A stretch of DNA of 64,000 nucleotides from an uncultured Spirochaetota bacterium (GTDB taxonomy: Bacteria > Spirochaetota > Spirochaetia > SZUA-6 > Fen-1364), in NCBI GenBank assembly GCA_963820525.1, contig CAWGAA010000001.1, positions 160,001 through 224,000 on the forward strand. Reading direction: 5' to 3'. The position numbers and the translations under genes were made by a program. The first letter of the stretch is position 1; each line of letters opens with the position of its first letter. The notes under the pieces were generated by a model, which saw only the letters and a program-made list of their open reading frames with translations, ran no database searches and was not told the DNA's origin. Positions 21,363-30,902 of this stretch are shown here, in pieces.

Positions 21363-22355
21363 ATGCTGCGCACCTTCAGGTATGCCTTCATCCTCGCCAA
21401 GATCTACGGGATCCTTTCCAAGTCGTTCATCGGAGAAAACTACCGGGAGATCCTCCGCCTGCGCACCGTGAGCGACGTGTACGATCGTCTCTTTCCCGGC
21501 AAGCGTTCAGAGCTTCCCGAATACCAGCTTACCTCGGAGCTGGAGCGCAGGGTGGTGGAGGCCGCCATCTCCACGCTGATCTCTGTGCTCGACCTGTTGG
21601 GTTCTCCCGAGCCTATCCTCGTTCACATGCTTCGAAAGTACGAGTATCAGGGGCTGAAGTCGGTGGTCCGGGGCATCGTGAACTCCCAAGTCGCCGAGTC
21701 CGCGGTCTGGGACCTGGGACGCTACGGGGGAATAGAGCTCGCCGGTTCGAAGGACTACGAGAAATCAATCAACCAAAGCCAGTATTCCTGGATCATGCCC
21801 CTCGTGAACGCCACCCCCCTTGTGGGAATCGAGAATGCGCTGGACCGGGACTACTACACGAAGCTTCAGAAACTTGCCCGTGAGCTGCCCCCAAAAGACC
21901 GCTCCGGGGTCTCCCGCCTCGTGTCGCTGGAAATCGTCCTGGCAAACGTGATCTGGGCTTTCCGGCTGCGGTTCTATTTCGGGCTCGACGAAGAGAAGGC
22001 AAAGGACCTCCTCATTCCCGGGATGGTGGACGCCGAACGGAGAGCCGTGATGCAGGTATTCGATATTCCCTCGGATTCCCTGGAAGGCTGGCGGAAGTGG
22101 AAGTTCGGCTGGCTCATTGAAGACCAGCTGAGCGAGGTCTTCCAGGCGCCCGACCCGATACGAGCGGAGCAGAACGCGACACGGAGGCTTTACACGCGGT
22201 CGCACCAGCTCTTCCACCAGGACCCTTTCACGCTTACCCCCCTGGTGGCGTTCTTCAAGCTCAAGGAATATGAAGCAAGCCTCCTTTCGACGGCCGTCGA
22301 GGCGCTTCGCCTATCGGTTTCGGAACAGGAGGTCCTCACTCTCCTCGGGGTGTAA
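21363..22355 (+). CDS. atpC: V/A-type ATPase subunit C (AC39/d)
   Basis: About 330 aa, helical, YAFILAKIYG...ENALDRDYY; operon position. Confidence 0.8.
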   Translation: MLRTFRYAFILAKIYGILSKSFIGENYREILRLRTVSDVYDRLFPGKRSELPEYQLTSELERRVVEAAISTLISVLDLLGSPEPILVHMLRKYEYQGLKSVVRGIVNSQVAESAVWDLGRYGGIELAGSKDYEKSINQSQYSWIMPLVNATPLVGIENALDRDYYTKLQKLARELPPKDRSGVSRLVSLEIVLANVIWAFRLRFYFGLDEEKAKDLLIPGMVDAERRAVMQVFDIPSDSLEGWRKWKFGWLIEDQLSEVFQAPDPIRAEQNATRRLYTRSHQLFHQDPFTLTPLVAFFKLKEYEASLLSTAVEALRLSVSEQEVLTLLGV

Positions 22356-22358
22356 AAG

Positions 22359-24350
22359 ATGTTCACCGAGCGCATGAAGAAAATCGAGCTTCTCGTACTC
22401 AAGCGCGACATGGACGACGTGCTGCGGTATCTCGGATTCGCCGGATGCATGCAGCTCATCGCGGAGGCTCGCTCCGAGAGGGAGGTCAATCCGGAAGAGA
22501 GGGAGATCGCTGACCTTCGGGGAAAGATCGAGTCCGTGGCCCGTTTCCTCGGCATCACGGGATCCGGCTCCCGGTCGTCCTCCTCCACGGCCATGGAGCG
22601 GCGCGAGCTCATCGAGACGTCCCAGAAGCTCATCGACGGGCTTGCCGGCATGGTAGAAGAGGAGAGCCGCCTCCTTCAGGAGAAGCTCAACCTCAAGCAG
22701 TCTGCGGAAGAGCTTTCTGCTTTCGCCAACCTGAAGGTGGCCTTCAACGAGCTGGAACATCTCACCTACCTCTCCTTCAGGCTTGGTTCGGTCCAGCCGG
22801 AAAGCATCCCGGAGCTCTCCCGGCTTCTGGAAAAGCGGGCCCTCATCGTGCCCCTCAGCCGGCCCGGCTTTATCATGGCGATTTCCACCAAGAAAGGCCG
22901 CTGGGCGCTGGATTCCGAGCTGAAGAAGGTGGGATTCCAGGAGGCGAAGTTCCCTCAAGATCTCAAGGGAATCCCGGCGGAGGTCCTGCCTGCCATTACG
23001 CAAAGCCTTTCCTTTGCCGAAGGGGCCCTTGCGGCATTGGAAAAGAGGAAGGAAGAGTTCCGCGCCCATTCGCGCGGGCTCGTGCAGACCCTCCTCGACA
23101 ACCTCGACCTCGACGTGTCGATCGATACCGTGAAGCAGAATCTCGCCTCGACCGGCTCGGTCCAGAGGATCTCGGGATGGATTCCCCGCAAGCGATTCGA
23201 GGAGGTCGTCGCCGGCCTCGAAAAAATAACACGGGGCAGCATCGCGATCCGCGCATTCGAGCCCGAGGAGCTGCCCGAAGTGCGCTCGGGAAAGACCAAG
23301 GTCCCCGTCGTCGTCTCCCACGGACCCATCGTTCGGTCATTCGAGAGGATGGTGTTCTCCTACAGCGTGCCGCTCTACGGCACGATCGATCCCACCCCGT
23401 TCGTGGCCACCATCTTCGTCATCCTCTTTTCCATCATGTTCGGAGATGTGGGGCAGGCCCTGGTGGGGCTCATATTCGGCCTCTTGATCAGCAGCGGCAA
23501 GATCCCGGCCTTCGAGGGCTGGAGGCGGAAGAACTTCGGCACGATATTCATCGTGGTCGGGGCGGCATCAATGGTCACCGGCTTTCTCTACGGATCCTTC
23601 TTCGCCAACGAGAGAATCCTCGTGCCCGCGTCACGCTTCGTGACTCAGCTCATCGTCGGCCGTCCCATCGACCACATCATCTCCCTCCAGGGGACCACGA
23701 GAATTCTCTCCTTCTTCGGTTTCACGATCGCCGTGGGAGCCATCGTCAACACCATCGGGCTCGTCATCAATATGATAAACCAGGTGCGCCTGCGCAACTG
23801 GGAAAAGGCCATTCTCTCCAAAACCGGCCTCGCCGGAGCCGTCTTCTTCTGGTACGTGCTTTCCGTTGCCGTTCGCATTCTCCTGGGAGGCAAGTTCAAG
23901 GGCTTCGATCTGGCTCTCATAGCGGTGCCGCTGCTCGCCATCTTTTTCCGCGAGCCCATCTCCCACCTGTTCTCCGGGAAGCGGCCCATCCTGAAGGAAG
24001 GCTTCCTCTCCTTCTTCATGGAGGGGATCGTGGAGATCCTCGAGTCGGTCACCTACTACATGTCCAACTCGGTCTCGTTCCTCCGTGTCGCCGCCTTCGC
24101 GATGGCTCACACCGTCCTGTCCCTGATCGTCTTCACGATCGGAGACCTCGTGGCCTCCGCCCCGGGGGGCGTCGTGTTCCAGATCCTCATCATCGTGCTG
24201 GGAAACACCATTATCATCGTGCTGGAAGGCCTGATCGTCACGATCCAGGTCATAAGGCTGCAATACTACGAGTTCTTCTCCAAGTTCTTCACGGAGACCG
24301 GGGAAGAGTTCCGTCCCTTCACACTACACACATCGGGAGGTCCGTCATGA
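22359..24350 (+). CDS. atpI: V/A-type ATPase subunit I (a)
   Basis: IDPTP, IMFGDVGQ, SNSVSFLRVAAFAMAH, IRLQYYEFFSKFF. Confidence 0.95.
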   Translation: MFTERMKKIELLVLKRDMDDVLRYLGFAGCMQLIAEARSEREVNPEEREIADLRGKIESVARFLGITGSGSRSSSSTAMERRELIETSQKLIDGLAGMVEEESRLLQEKLNLKQSAEELSAFANLKVAFNELEHLTYLSFRLGSVQPESIPELSRLLEKRALIVPLSRPGFIMAISTKKGRWALDSELKKVGFQEAKFPQDLKGIPAEVLPAITQSLSFAEGALAALEKRKEEFRAHSRGLVQTLLDNLDLDVSIDTVKQNLASTGSVQRISGWIPRKRFEEVVAGLEKITRGSIAIRAFEPEELPEVRSGKTKVPVVVSHGPIVRSFERMVFSYSVPLYGTIDPTPFVATIFVILFSIMFGDVGQALVGLIFGLLISSGKIPAFEGWRRKNFGTIFIVVGAASMVTGFLYGSFFANERILVPASRFVTQLIVGRPIDHIISLQGTTRILSFFGFTIAVGAIVNTIGLVINMINQVRLRNWEKAILSKTGLAGAVFFWYVLSVAVRILLGGKFKGFDLALIAVPLLAIFFREPISHLFSGKRPILKEGFLSFFMEGIVEILESVTYYMSNSVSFLRVAAFAMAHTVLSLIVFTIGDLVASAPGGVVFQILIIVLGNTIIIVLEGLIVTIQVIRLQYYEFFSKFFTETGEEFRPFTLHTSGGPS

Positions 24351-24655
24351 AGAAGCGCATTTTCGCAACATTGATCCTCTTCCTTTTCTTCGCCCTGCCC
24401 ATCGCCTTTGCCCAGGGCGAAGCCGCAGCGGCGCCGGCCGCATCGCCGTCCACCATCAAGTATATAGCGGCGGCGGTGGCGGTGGGGTTTGCGACGATCG
24501 GCGGAGGGATCGCGGTAGGCCAGATCGGCGCCGCGGCCATGGCCGCCATGAGCGAAAATCCTGAGCTTTCCGGCCGGGCCCTTCCCTACGTCGGATTGGG
24601 CGAAGGTATCTGTCTCTGGGGCTTCATCGTCGCCCTCATGATTCTCTCCGCGTAG
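24347..24655 (+). CDS. atpK: V/A-type ATPase proteolipid subunit K (c), single hairpin with signal-peptide-like leader
   Basis: ATG 24347; IGGGIAVGQIGAAAMAAMSENPE...GLGEGICLWG with the conserved Glu. Confidence 0.9.
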   Translation: MKKRIFATLILFLFFALPIAFAQGEAAAAPAASPSTIKYIAAAVAVGFATIGGGIAVGQIGAAAMAAMSENPELSGRALPYVGLGEGICLWGFIVALMILSA

Positions 24656-24665
24656 CGGGCCGGCC

Positions 24666-24974
24666 GTGAACTTTCACGTCATTGGAGACGAAGAGATCGT
24701 CACGGGATTCCGTTTCGTCGGCGTCGAGGGAAGCGTCGCCTATTCCCGCGCCGAAGCGCTGGAGGCCTTCAAAGCGGTCACTACCGCGGCGGGGGAGGTG
24801 ATGGTCTTGATCATCACGGAGCAGATTTCCGCGATGATCGCGGAAGAGGTCATGGACTGGCAGTTCAACGGCTCCTATCCCCTGATCGTAGAGATTCCGG
24901 GGATCGAGGGGCACCTGGAGAACAGGAAAAGCCTCATAGATTCGATTCGTGAGGCCGTGGGAGTACATGTCTAG
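24666..24974 (+). CDS. atpF: V/A-type ATPase subunit F
   Basis: VIGDEEIVTGFRFVGV...PLIVEIP...IREAVG. Confidence 0.92.
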   Translation: MNFHVIGDEEIVTGFRFVGVEGSVAYSRAEALEAFKAVTTAAGEVMVLIITEQISAMIAEEVMDWQFNGSYPLIVEIPGIEGHLENRKSLIDSIREAVGVHV

Positions 24975-25143
24975 CCAGGGACGGCGGAAGGGCGCGGAGC
25001 CAGGGATGGCGGCAGTGCCCTCTAGCCCTGCGCCGGTACTCCGCCCTACGGCTGTACTCAGCCGTATTGGGCGGAAGGGCGCGGAACCCTGCGGCTGTAC
25101 TCAGCCCTGCGGCGGTAATCCGCCGCACAAGGCGGCAGTGCCC
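24974..25143. repeat. Mosaic intergenic repeat (BIME/REP-like) between subunits F and E
   Basis: GGCGGAAGGGCGCGGA at 24983 and 25070; GGCGGCAGTGCCC at 25008 and 25131; four 18-nt units at 25024, 25042, 25085 and 25103. Confidence 0.8.
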
Positions 25144-25171
25144 CATACAGTGCGCCGAAGGAGTTTTGCCG

Positions 25172-25771
25172 GTGGAAGTCGTTAAGACCAGCGAAGAGCT
25201 GGAGAAGCAGATCCTCGAAGACGCTCGCAGGAAAGCGAGCCGCATACTCGAGAACGCAGAGAAGGAGTGCGCCGCCATCCGCGCCGAATGGGCGAACAAG
25301 CTGAAGGTGGAGGGCGAGCGCATAGATGGCGAGCTCGAGATGAAGATGACTGCCCTGAGAGAGGAACTGGCGGCGTCTCTGCCGCTCGATTTCATGCGAA
25401 CACGGCTCTCCTTCATAGAAGAGACGGTCCGGGGGAAGCTGCGCGAAGTATTTCAGGGTCTGTCTGAAGAAGAAAACGCCGACATTATCACCGTTTTGGT
25501 GAAGCGAATACAGCCCGTATTCGAGGGAAAGACCGTGGTGGCGTACACCGGGGGCATCGCAGCAGCCCGGGCGGAGAAGATCTTGAAAACCATCCCCGGG
25601 ATCGCAGTGAAATCCATGAAGAGTCTCCCTCCCGAGAAAGGCCATGGGATAATCCTCGAGACTTCGGACGGCAAAATACGGTTCCGGGGTACCTTTGACG
25701 AGCTCGAGAAGCTCCTGATGGAAGAGCATCGTGAGGAGCTTGTCGAAGCGCTGTTGGGAAAGGAGATCTAG
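25172..25771 (+). CDS. atpE: V/A-type ATPase subunit E
   Basis: GTG 25172 after GAAGGAG; N-terminal coiled coil ILEDARRKASRIL, C-terminal GIILETSDGKIRF. Confidence 0.85.
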   Translation: MEVVKTSEELEKQILEDARRKASRILENAEKECAAIRAEWANKLKVEGERIDGELEMKMTALREELAASLPLDFMRTRLSFIEETVRGKLREVFQGLSEEENADIITVLVKRIQPVFEGKTVVAYTGGIAAARAEKILKTIPGIAVKSMKSLPPEKGHGIILETSDGKIRFRGTFDELEKLLMEEHREELVEALLGKEI

Positions 25772-25809
25772 CGCGCACCGCCTGGGCGCGTCTGACGGGA
25801 TAAGAGAAG

Positions 25810-27564
25810 ATGCTTGAAGGAAAGGTCATTCGGATCAACGGTCCCATCGTGAAAGCCGTCGGGCTGGGCGCGAGCGGGCTCTACGACGTGGTGGAGATCG
25901 GAGAGAAAAGGCTCATAGGAGAGATCATCCGCCTGGATGGAGACACCGCCACCATCCAGATCTACGAAGACAACACCGGGATGCGGGTGGGGGAGAGCGC
26001 ATTCTCCCTGGAAAGACCGCTTTCCGTGCATCTCGGCCCCGGCCTCCTCGGCAAGATCTACGATGGAATCCAGAGACCCCTGCGCGAGATCAAGAAAACA
26101 GCGGGCGGCTTCATCATGCCGGGAATCAAGATCCCACCCATCGAGGCTGAAAAGAAATGGCGTTTTATGCCTTCCATCAAGAAAGGGGACCGCGTTGCGG
26201 CCGGCACCCAGCTGGGGGAGGTGAGGGAAACAGAGACAATCCTGCACCGGATCCTCCCTTTTCCCGAGATGAAGGAGGCGCTGCTGGAATGGATCGCCCC
26301 CGAAGGAGACTACGACCTCACCGAGACGGTGGCCCGCTACTCGGACGGCACGTCCTCCACGATGGCCCACTACTGGCCCGTTCGGCGTGCGCGGCCCTAT
26401 ATCCAGAAGCTTGGAATGGAGGAGCCCCTGGTCACCGGCCAGCGGGTCATCGACGTGTTTTTTCCCATCTCGCGCGGCGGAACTTCGGCAATCCCCGGCG
26501 GCTTCGGCACGGGAAAGACCATGATGCAGCACGCCCTCGCCAAGTGGTGCGACGCGGACGTGATCGTCTACATCGGCTGCGGAGAGCGCGGCAACGAGAT
26601 GACGGACGTGCTCACCTCGTTCCCCGGCATCCAGGACCCGCGCACGGGCAGGTCCCTCATGGAGAGGACCATCCTCATCGCCAACACCTCCAACATGCCC
26701 GTGGCGGCCCGCGAGGTATCGATCTATACGGGGACCACCCTGGCCGAGTACTACCGCGACATGGGCTATGACGTTGCGATCATGGCGGACTCCACTTCCC
26801 GCTGGGCGGAGGCGCTCAGGGAGCTGTCCGGCCGCCTGGAGGAGATGCCGGCGGACGAGGGGTTCCCCGCGTACCTTCCCACGCGGCTTGCCGAGTTCTA
26901 CGAGCGGGCTGGCAGGGTGAAAACCCTGGGGAAAAAGCTCGGTTCGATCTCCCTCATTGGAGCCGTCTCTCCTCCGGGAGGGGACTTCTCGGAACCGGTC
27001 ACCCAGCACACCAAGCGCTTCATCCGCTGTTTCTGGGCGTTGGACAGGGAGCTTGCCAATGCCCGGCACTACCCCGCCATTTCGTGGATAGACTCGTACA
27101 GCGAGTACGCGGAGGAGATCCGGGGCTGGTGGGAGAAAGTGAACCCTGACTGGAGGGGCACGCGGGAGAAGGCGCTCGACCTTCTGAAGCGCGAGCAGAG
27201 GCTTTCCCAGATCGTCAAGCTCATCGGCCCCGACGCGCTTCCCGACAATCAGAGGCTGGTGCTCCTCACGGCGGAGATGATCAAGAACGGCTTCCTCCAG
27301 CAGAACGCCTACGACGATATTGACATGTTCTGCGTTCCGGAAAAGCAGGTCCGCATCCTCAAGCTCATCATGGACTTCCATGCTCGGGCGCTCACAATCA
27401 TCCAGCTCGGCGCTCCCCTTTTGAAAATCCGGGAGCTTCCCTGCCAGGAGAAGATCGTGCGGGCAAAGTCCACGGTGAAAAACGAAGACCTGGCGAAGCT
27501 CTCCCAGATGGAGGCCGAGATGACCGAGGAGATGGACGAGCTTGAGAGGAGCTACAGGAGATGA
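25810..27564 (+). CDS. atpA: V/A-type ATPase catalytic subunit A
   Basis: [44 protein letters not shown]. Confidence 0.98.
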   Translation: MLEGKVIRINGPIVKAVGLGASGLYDVVEIGEKRLIGEIIRLDGDTATIQIYEDNTGMRVGESAFSLERPLSVHLGPGLLGKIYDGIQRPLREIKKTAGGFIMPGIKIPPIEAEKKWRFMPSIKKGDRVAAGTQLGEVRETETILHRILPFPEMKEALLEWIAPEGDYDLTETVARYSDGTSSTMAHYWPVRRARPYIQKLGMEEPLVTGQRVIDVFFPISRGGTSAIPGGFGTGKTMMQHALAKWCDADVIVYIGCGERGNEMTDVLTSFPGIQDPRTGRSLMERTILIANTSNMPVAAREVSIYTGTTLAEYYRDMGYDVAIMADSTSRWAEALRELSGRLEEMPADEGFPAYLPTRLAEFYERAGRVKTLGKKLGSISLIGAVSPPGGDFSEPVTQHTKRFIRCFWALDRELANARHYPAISWIDSYSEYAEEIRGWWEKVNPDWRGTREKALDLLKREQRLSQIVKLIGPDALPDNQRLVLLTAEMIKNGFLQQNAYDDIDMFCVPEKQVRILKLIMDFHARALTIIQLGAPLLKIRELPCQEKIVRAKSTVKNEDLAKLSQMEAEMTEEMDELERSYRR

Positions 27565-29018
27565 AAGGGGTAGAGTATCGGGGCCTCACCCGCGTCGAGG
27601 GGCCCATCATCATCCTCGATCGAGTCGAGAACGTGGGGCTGGGGGAGCTGGTCCTCGTCTACGACCGCGAAGGCAAGCAGCGGGAGGGCAGGATCATCGA
27701 GCTTTCCCAGAACGCCGTGGCCGTGCAGATATTCGGCTCCAACACGGGGCTCTCCACGGAGACATCCACCGTGGAGTTCCAGGGCAAGCCCATGGAGATG
27801 CGGGTATCCCGGGACATGCTGGGCCGGATCTTCAATGGGCTGGGCAAGCCCCTCGATGGGTATCCCGCCCCGTTCACCTCGAACGCCCGCGACGTGAACG
27901 GCATTCCCATCAACCCGGACGCCCGCACGTACCCCAAGGACTTCATCCAGACCGGGCTGTCCTGCATCGACGGGATGAACACCCTGATCCGGGGGCAGAA
28001 GCTACCCATCTTCTCGGGAAACGGCCTTCCCCACAACAGGCTGGCGGCGCAGATCATCAGGCAGGCCAGGATTCTCACAGCGGCGGAACCCTTCGTCATG
28101 GTGTTCGCCGCCATGGGGGTCAAGTACGACGTGGCGCGTTTCTTCATCGACAGCTTCGAAGAGAGCGGGGTGCTCGCCAATGTCGTCATGTTCCTCTCCC
28201 TTGCCGACGACCCCTCCATCGAGAGGCTCATCACCCCGCGCTGCGCCCTCACCGCGGCCGAGTACCTTGCATACGAGTGCGACATGCACGTTCTGGTTAT
28301 CATGTCGGACATGACGAACTACTGCGAGTCGCTCCGCGAGGTGTCGACCATCCGTGGAGAGATCCCCTCGCGCAAGGGATATCCCGGGTACCTCTACTCG
28401 GACCTTGCCTCGCTGTACGAGCGCGCCGGAAAAATCGAAGGCTCCCAGGGCTCGATCACACAGATCCCCGTGCTCACGATGCCCAGCGACGACATCTCGC
28501 ATCCCGTGCCGGACTTAAGCGGCTACATCACGGAGGGCCAGATCGTCCTCGAACGCGAGCTGTTTCAGAAGGGGATTTATCCTCCCGTGGCGGGCCTTCC
28601 CTCCCTTTCGCGCCTCATGAAAGACGGAATCGGAGCCGGCATGACCCGCGAGGATCACAAGGAGCTTTCCTCCCAGCTCTTCGCCGCCTACTCACGGGTC
28701 AAGAGCATCAGGAGCCTGGCTGCGGTGATCGGAGAGGAGGAGCTTTCCGAGCTGGACAGGATGTACCTCGGCTTCGGGGACCGCTTCGAGCGGGAGTTCC
28801 TGGCCCAGGGAGAACGCGAGAACAGGAGCATCGACCAGACGCTCGATCTGGGGTGGAAGATCCTCACGGCGCTTCCCAAGGGCGAGCTGTACAGGATCCG
28901 CGAAGAGATGGTGAGCAAGTATTATCCGCAAGATCTCACGGTGGCGGGGGGAGGGCCGGCGCCGATCCCTAGGGCGGGCGACCGCGCCGCCCCCAAGACC
29001 GCGGGACGCAAGGAGTAG
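27561..29018 (+). CDS. atpB: V/A-type ATPase subunit B
   Basis: [39 protein letters not shown]. Confidence 0.98.
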   Translation: MKGVEYRGLTRVEGPIIILDRVENVGLGELVLVYDREGKQREGRIIELSQNAVAVQIFGSNTGLSTETSTVEFQGKPMEMRVSRDMLGRIFNGLGKPLDGYPAPFTSNARDVNGIPINPDARTYPKDFIQTGLSCIDGMNTLIRGQKLPIFSGNGLPHNRLAAQIIRQARILTAAEPFVMVFAAMGVKYDVARFFIDSFEESGVLANVVMFLSLADDPSIERLITPRCALTAAEYLAYECDMHVLVIMSDMTNYCESLREVSTIRGEIPSRKGYPGYLYSDLASLYERAGKIEGSQGSITQIPVLTMPSDDISHPVPDLSGYITEGQIVLERELFQKGIYPPVAGLPSLSRLMKDGIGAGMTREDHKELSSQLFAAYSRVKSIRSLAAVIGEEELSELDRMYLGFGDRFEREFLAQGERENRSIDQTLDLGWKILTALPKGELYRIREEMVSKYYPQDLTVAGGGPAPIPRAGDRAAPKTAGRKE

Positions 29019-29024
29019 GAGCCG

Positions 29025-29654
29025 ATGGCCCGCTATGACGTTCCTCCGACCAAGTCGTCCCTGCTCGCCGTCAAGGAGCAGCTGTCGATTGCGCGGGAAG
29101 GCTTCGAGCTTCTCGAGCAGAAGCGCGAGATCCTCGTCATGGAGCTCATGCGGATGGTCGAGGAGGTGAAGCTGCTGGAGAGGGAGATGGACAAGCGCAT
29201 CGAGGGCGCCTACGGGACGCTTCGGCGCATGTTCGTTCGAGTCGGGCGTCAGTCGGCAAAGGAAATCTCCGCGGGGATACGCTTCGACTATACGGTGCGG
29301 GAGAAGCAGGGCAAGCTCATGGGCATCCCGCTTCCCACCCTCGACATGCAGATGCCCAAGATGGACCTCAAGTATTCGTTCATGAGCACATACAGCTCGT
29401 GCGACAAGACGATGATCGAGTTCTTCGAGCTGTTGAAGCTGGTGGCGCGCATGGCGGAAATCCGCACCATGGTATGGCAGCTGGCCAAGGAAGTGCGCAA
29501 GACCCAGCGCAGGGTGAACGCGCTGGAAAAGATCGTCATTCCCGACGTCCTGGAAACCAAGAGCTTCATCGAGGGAGTGCTCGAGGAGAGGGAGCGCGAG
29601 GTTTTCTTCGTTCAGAAAATCCTGAAGGCACGCTTGCTGGGAGAGAGAGTATGA
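29025..29654 (+). CDS. atpD: V/A-type ATPase subunit D
   Basis: PTKSSL...LLEQKREIL...KTQRRVNALEKIVIP...LEERERE. Confidence 0.96.
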   Translation: MARYDVPPTKSSLLAVKEQLSIAREGFELLEQKREILVMELMRMVEEVKLLEREMDKRIEGAYGTLRRMFVRVGRQSAKEISAGIRFDYTVREKQGKLMGIPLPTLDMQMPKMDLKYSFMSTYSSCDKTMIEFFELLKLVARMAEIRTMVWQLAKEVRKTQRRVNALEKIVIPDVLETKSFIEGVLEEREREVFFVQKILKARLLGERV

Positions 29655-30133
29655 AAGCCCTGTTCCAGAATATCGTCGTGGCCGTAAGCGGCTCCGAGGC
29701 GTCAATCAGCGCAAGCAAGTTCGGCATCGCAATGGCCAAGCTGTACCGCTCCCGGCTCATCGCCGTGTACGTGGTGGATACGGCCACCCTCAAGGAGCTT
29801 CTGATATCCAAGATCTTCATCGAGGACGAGAGCTTCGAGTACGAGAAGAGCCTCGAGGAGAACGGCATGAGGTATCTCAACTACATCGAGGAGCTCGCCG
29901 ACACGAAGGGCGTCTCGGTGGAGAAGGTGATGAGAAAGGGAGCCATCTTCTCGGAGATCATCAAGGTGGCGGAGGAATCGGAAGCGGATCTCATCCTCCT
30001 GGGCGGGTTCGAGGAAAAGGGCGGATACCGGGACATCCTGAGCCGGCAGCACAGGGATATCCTGCGAAACGCAAAATGCTCGGTCCTCGTCGTGAAAGAG
30101 CCGAACATGGATTTCATCTTCAAAAGATTATAA
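29651..30133 (+). CDS. Universal stress protein (UspA family)
   Basis: IVVAVSGSEAS...IIKVAEESEADLILLG...AKCSVLVVK; ATGA overlap with atpD. Confidence 0.9.
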   Translation: MKALFQNIVVAVSGSEASISASKFGIAMAKLYRSRLIAVYVVDTATLKELLISKIFIEDESFEYEKSLEENGMRYLNYIEELADTKGVSVEKVMRKGAIFSEIIKVAEESEADLILLGGFEEKGGYRDILSRQHRDILRNAKCSVLVVKEPNMDFIFKRL

Positions 30134-30163
30134 TTGTGCGATAGTATCGCTTGCTTACTCTTG

Positions 30164-30192
30164 TTGACAGATTCAGTAAACTCTTCTACCCT
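30164..30192 (+). promoter_or_regulatory. Putative sigma70 promoter
   Basis: TTGACA-17nt-TACCCT; GGAGG RBS before 30216/30219. Confidence 0.55.
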
Positions 30193-30215
30193 GTCATTGT
30201 AAACCCGGAGGGATC

Positions 30216-30884
30216 GTGATGATAGACGTGCAGAAGAAGGTAATCGGGCTGTTCGAACAACTCATCACTCAGGGAGAAGAGATCAAGAATACCTGCAAGA
30301 AGCTCTCGTTCGCGGGGAACAAGAAAGCCATCGATCCCCAGACCTGGGAAACGTGGAAGACGAGCTGTCTCACCCTCCTCAGGTCCACGTTCGGCACTTC
30401 CAGCCCCCACTACGACAGTTTCTCCAACGTCAAGTTTTTCGACTATTACAACTCGACCCTCATCTACCTCGGAATCCTGCAGAGCGCGCGCGACGATATC
30501 GAGAAGGGCTATTTCTACCACAAGAACCTGATGCTGAGCGTCAATGTCTTCACCTCGTTCCTTTCACGCGCCAAGGCCTTTGAGGAAGAGGGACAAAGGG
30601 AGAAGGCGCTCGGGCTCCTGGAGACCGTCATGTCGGAGGGATTGAAGAAGCTTGCGGAAAGCAAGCGCCTGGCGATCTCCGCCTCCGACGGCCGCGAGCG
30701 CATCACGGAGGCACTCGTGACTGCCGGGGCCTTGAGCCAGGAGGCGCGAGAGAAGCTGGTCGAGCTGGATCGCTTCATCGCGGGAGGCCGGTCAGGCTCG
30801 GCGGCAGACTTCGCCCTCTGGAACACCTGGCTTCAGAAGTTCATCTACGAGAATCTCGGCTCCCAGATCGTCATCCTCAACTGA
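30216..30884 (+). CDS. Hypothetical helical protein, degenerate DUF4145/HEPN-like
   Basis: WKTSCLTLLRSTFGTSSPHY...ILQSARDDIEKGY...FLSRAKAF...LLETVMSEGLKKLA resembles DUF4145-type proteins; lacks RxxxxH. Confidence 0.55.
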   Translation: MMIDVQKKVIGLFEQLITQGEEIKNTCKKLSFAGNKKAIDPQTWETWKTSCLTLLRSTFGTSSPHYDSFSNVKFFDYYNSTLIYLGILQSARDDIEKGYFYHKNLMLSVNVFTSFLSRAKAFEEEGQREKALGLLETVMSEGLKKLAESKRLAISASDGRERITEALVTAGALSQEAREKLVELDRFIAGGRSGSAADFALWNTWLQKFIYENLGSQIVILN

Positions 30885-30902
30885 AGAGAACCGCCGCACG
30901 GC

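Noticed and set aside
23177..24346. Long N-terminal extension on ATPase subunit K
   Set aside because: Overlaps subunit I in another frame; the real start is ATG 24347 after GGGAG.
24974..25143. Possible mini-CRISPR array
   Set aside because: Units are 13-18 nt, degenerate and adjacent without unique spacers; no cas genes in the window.
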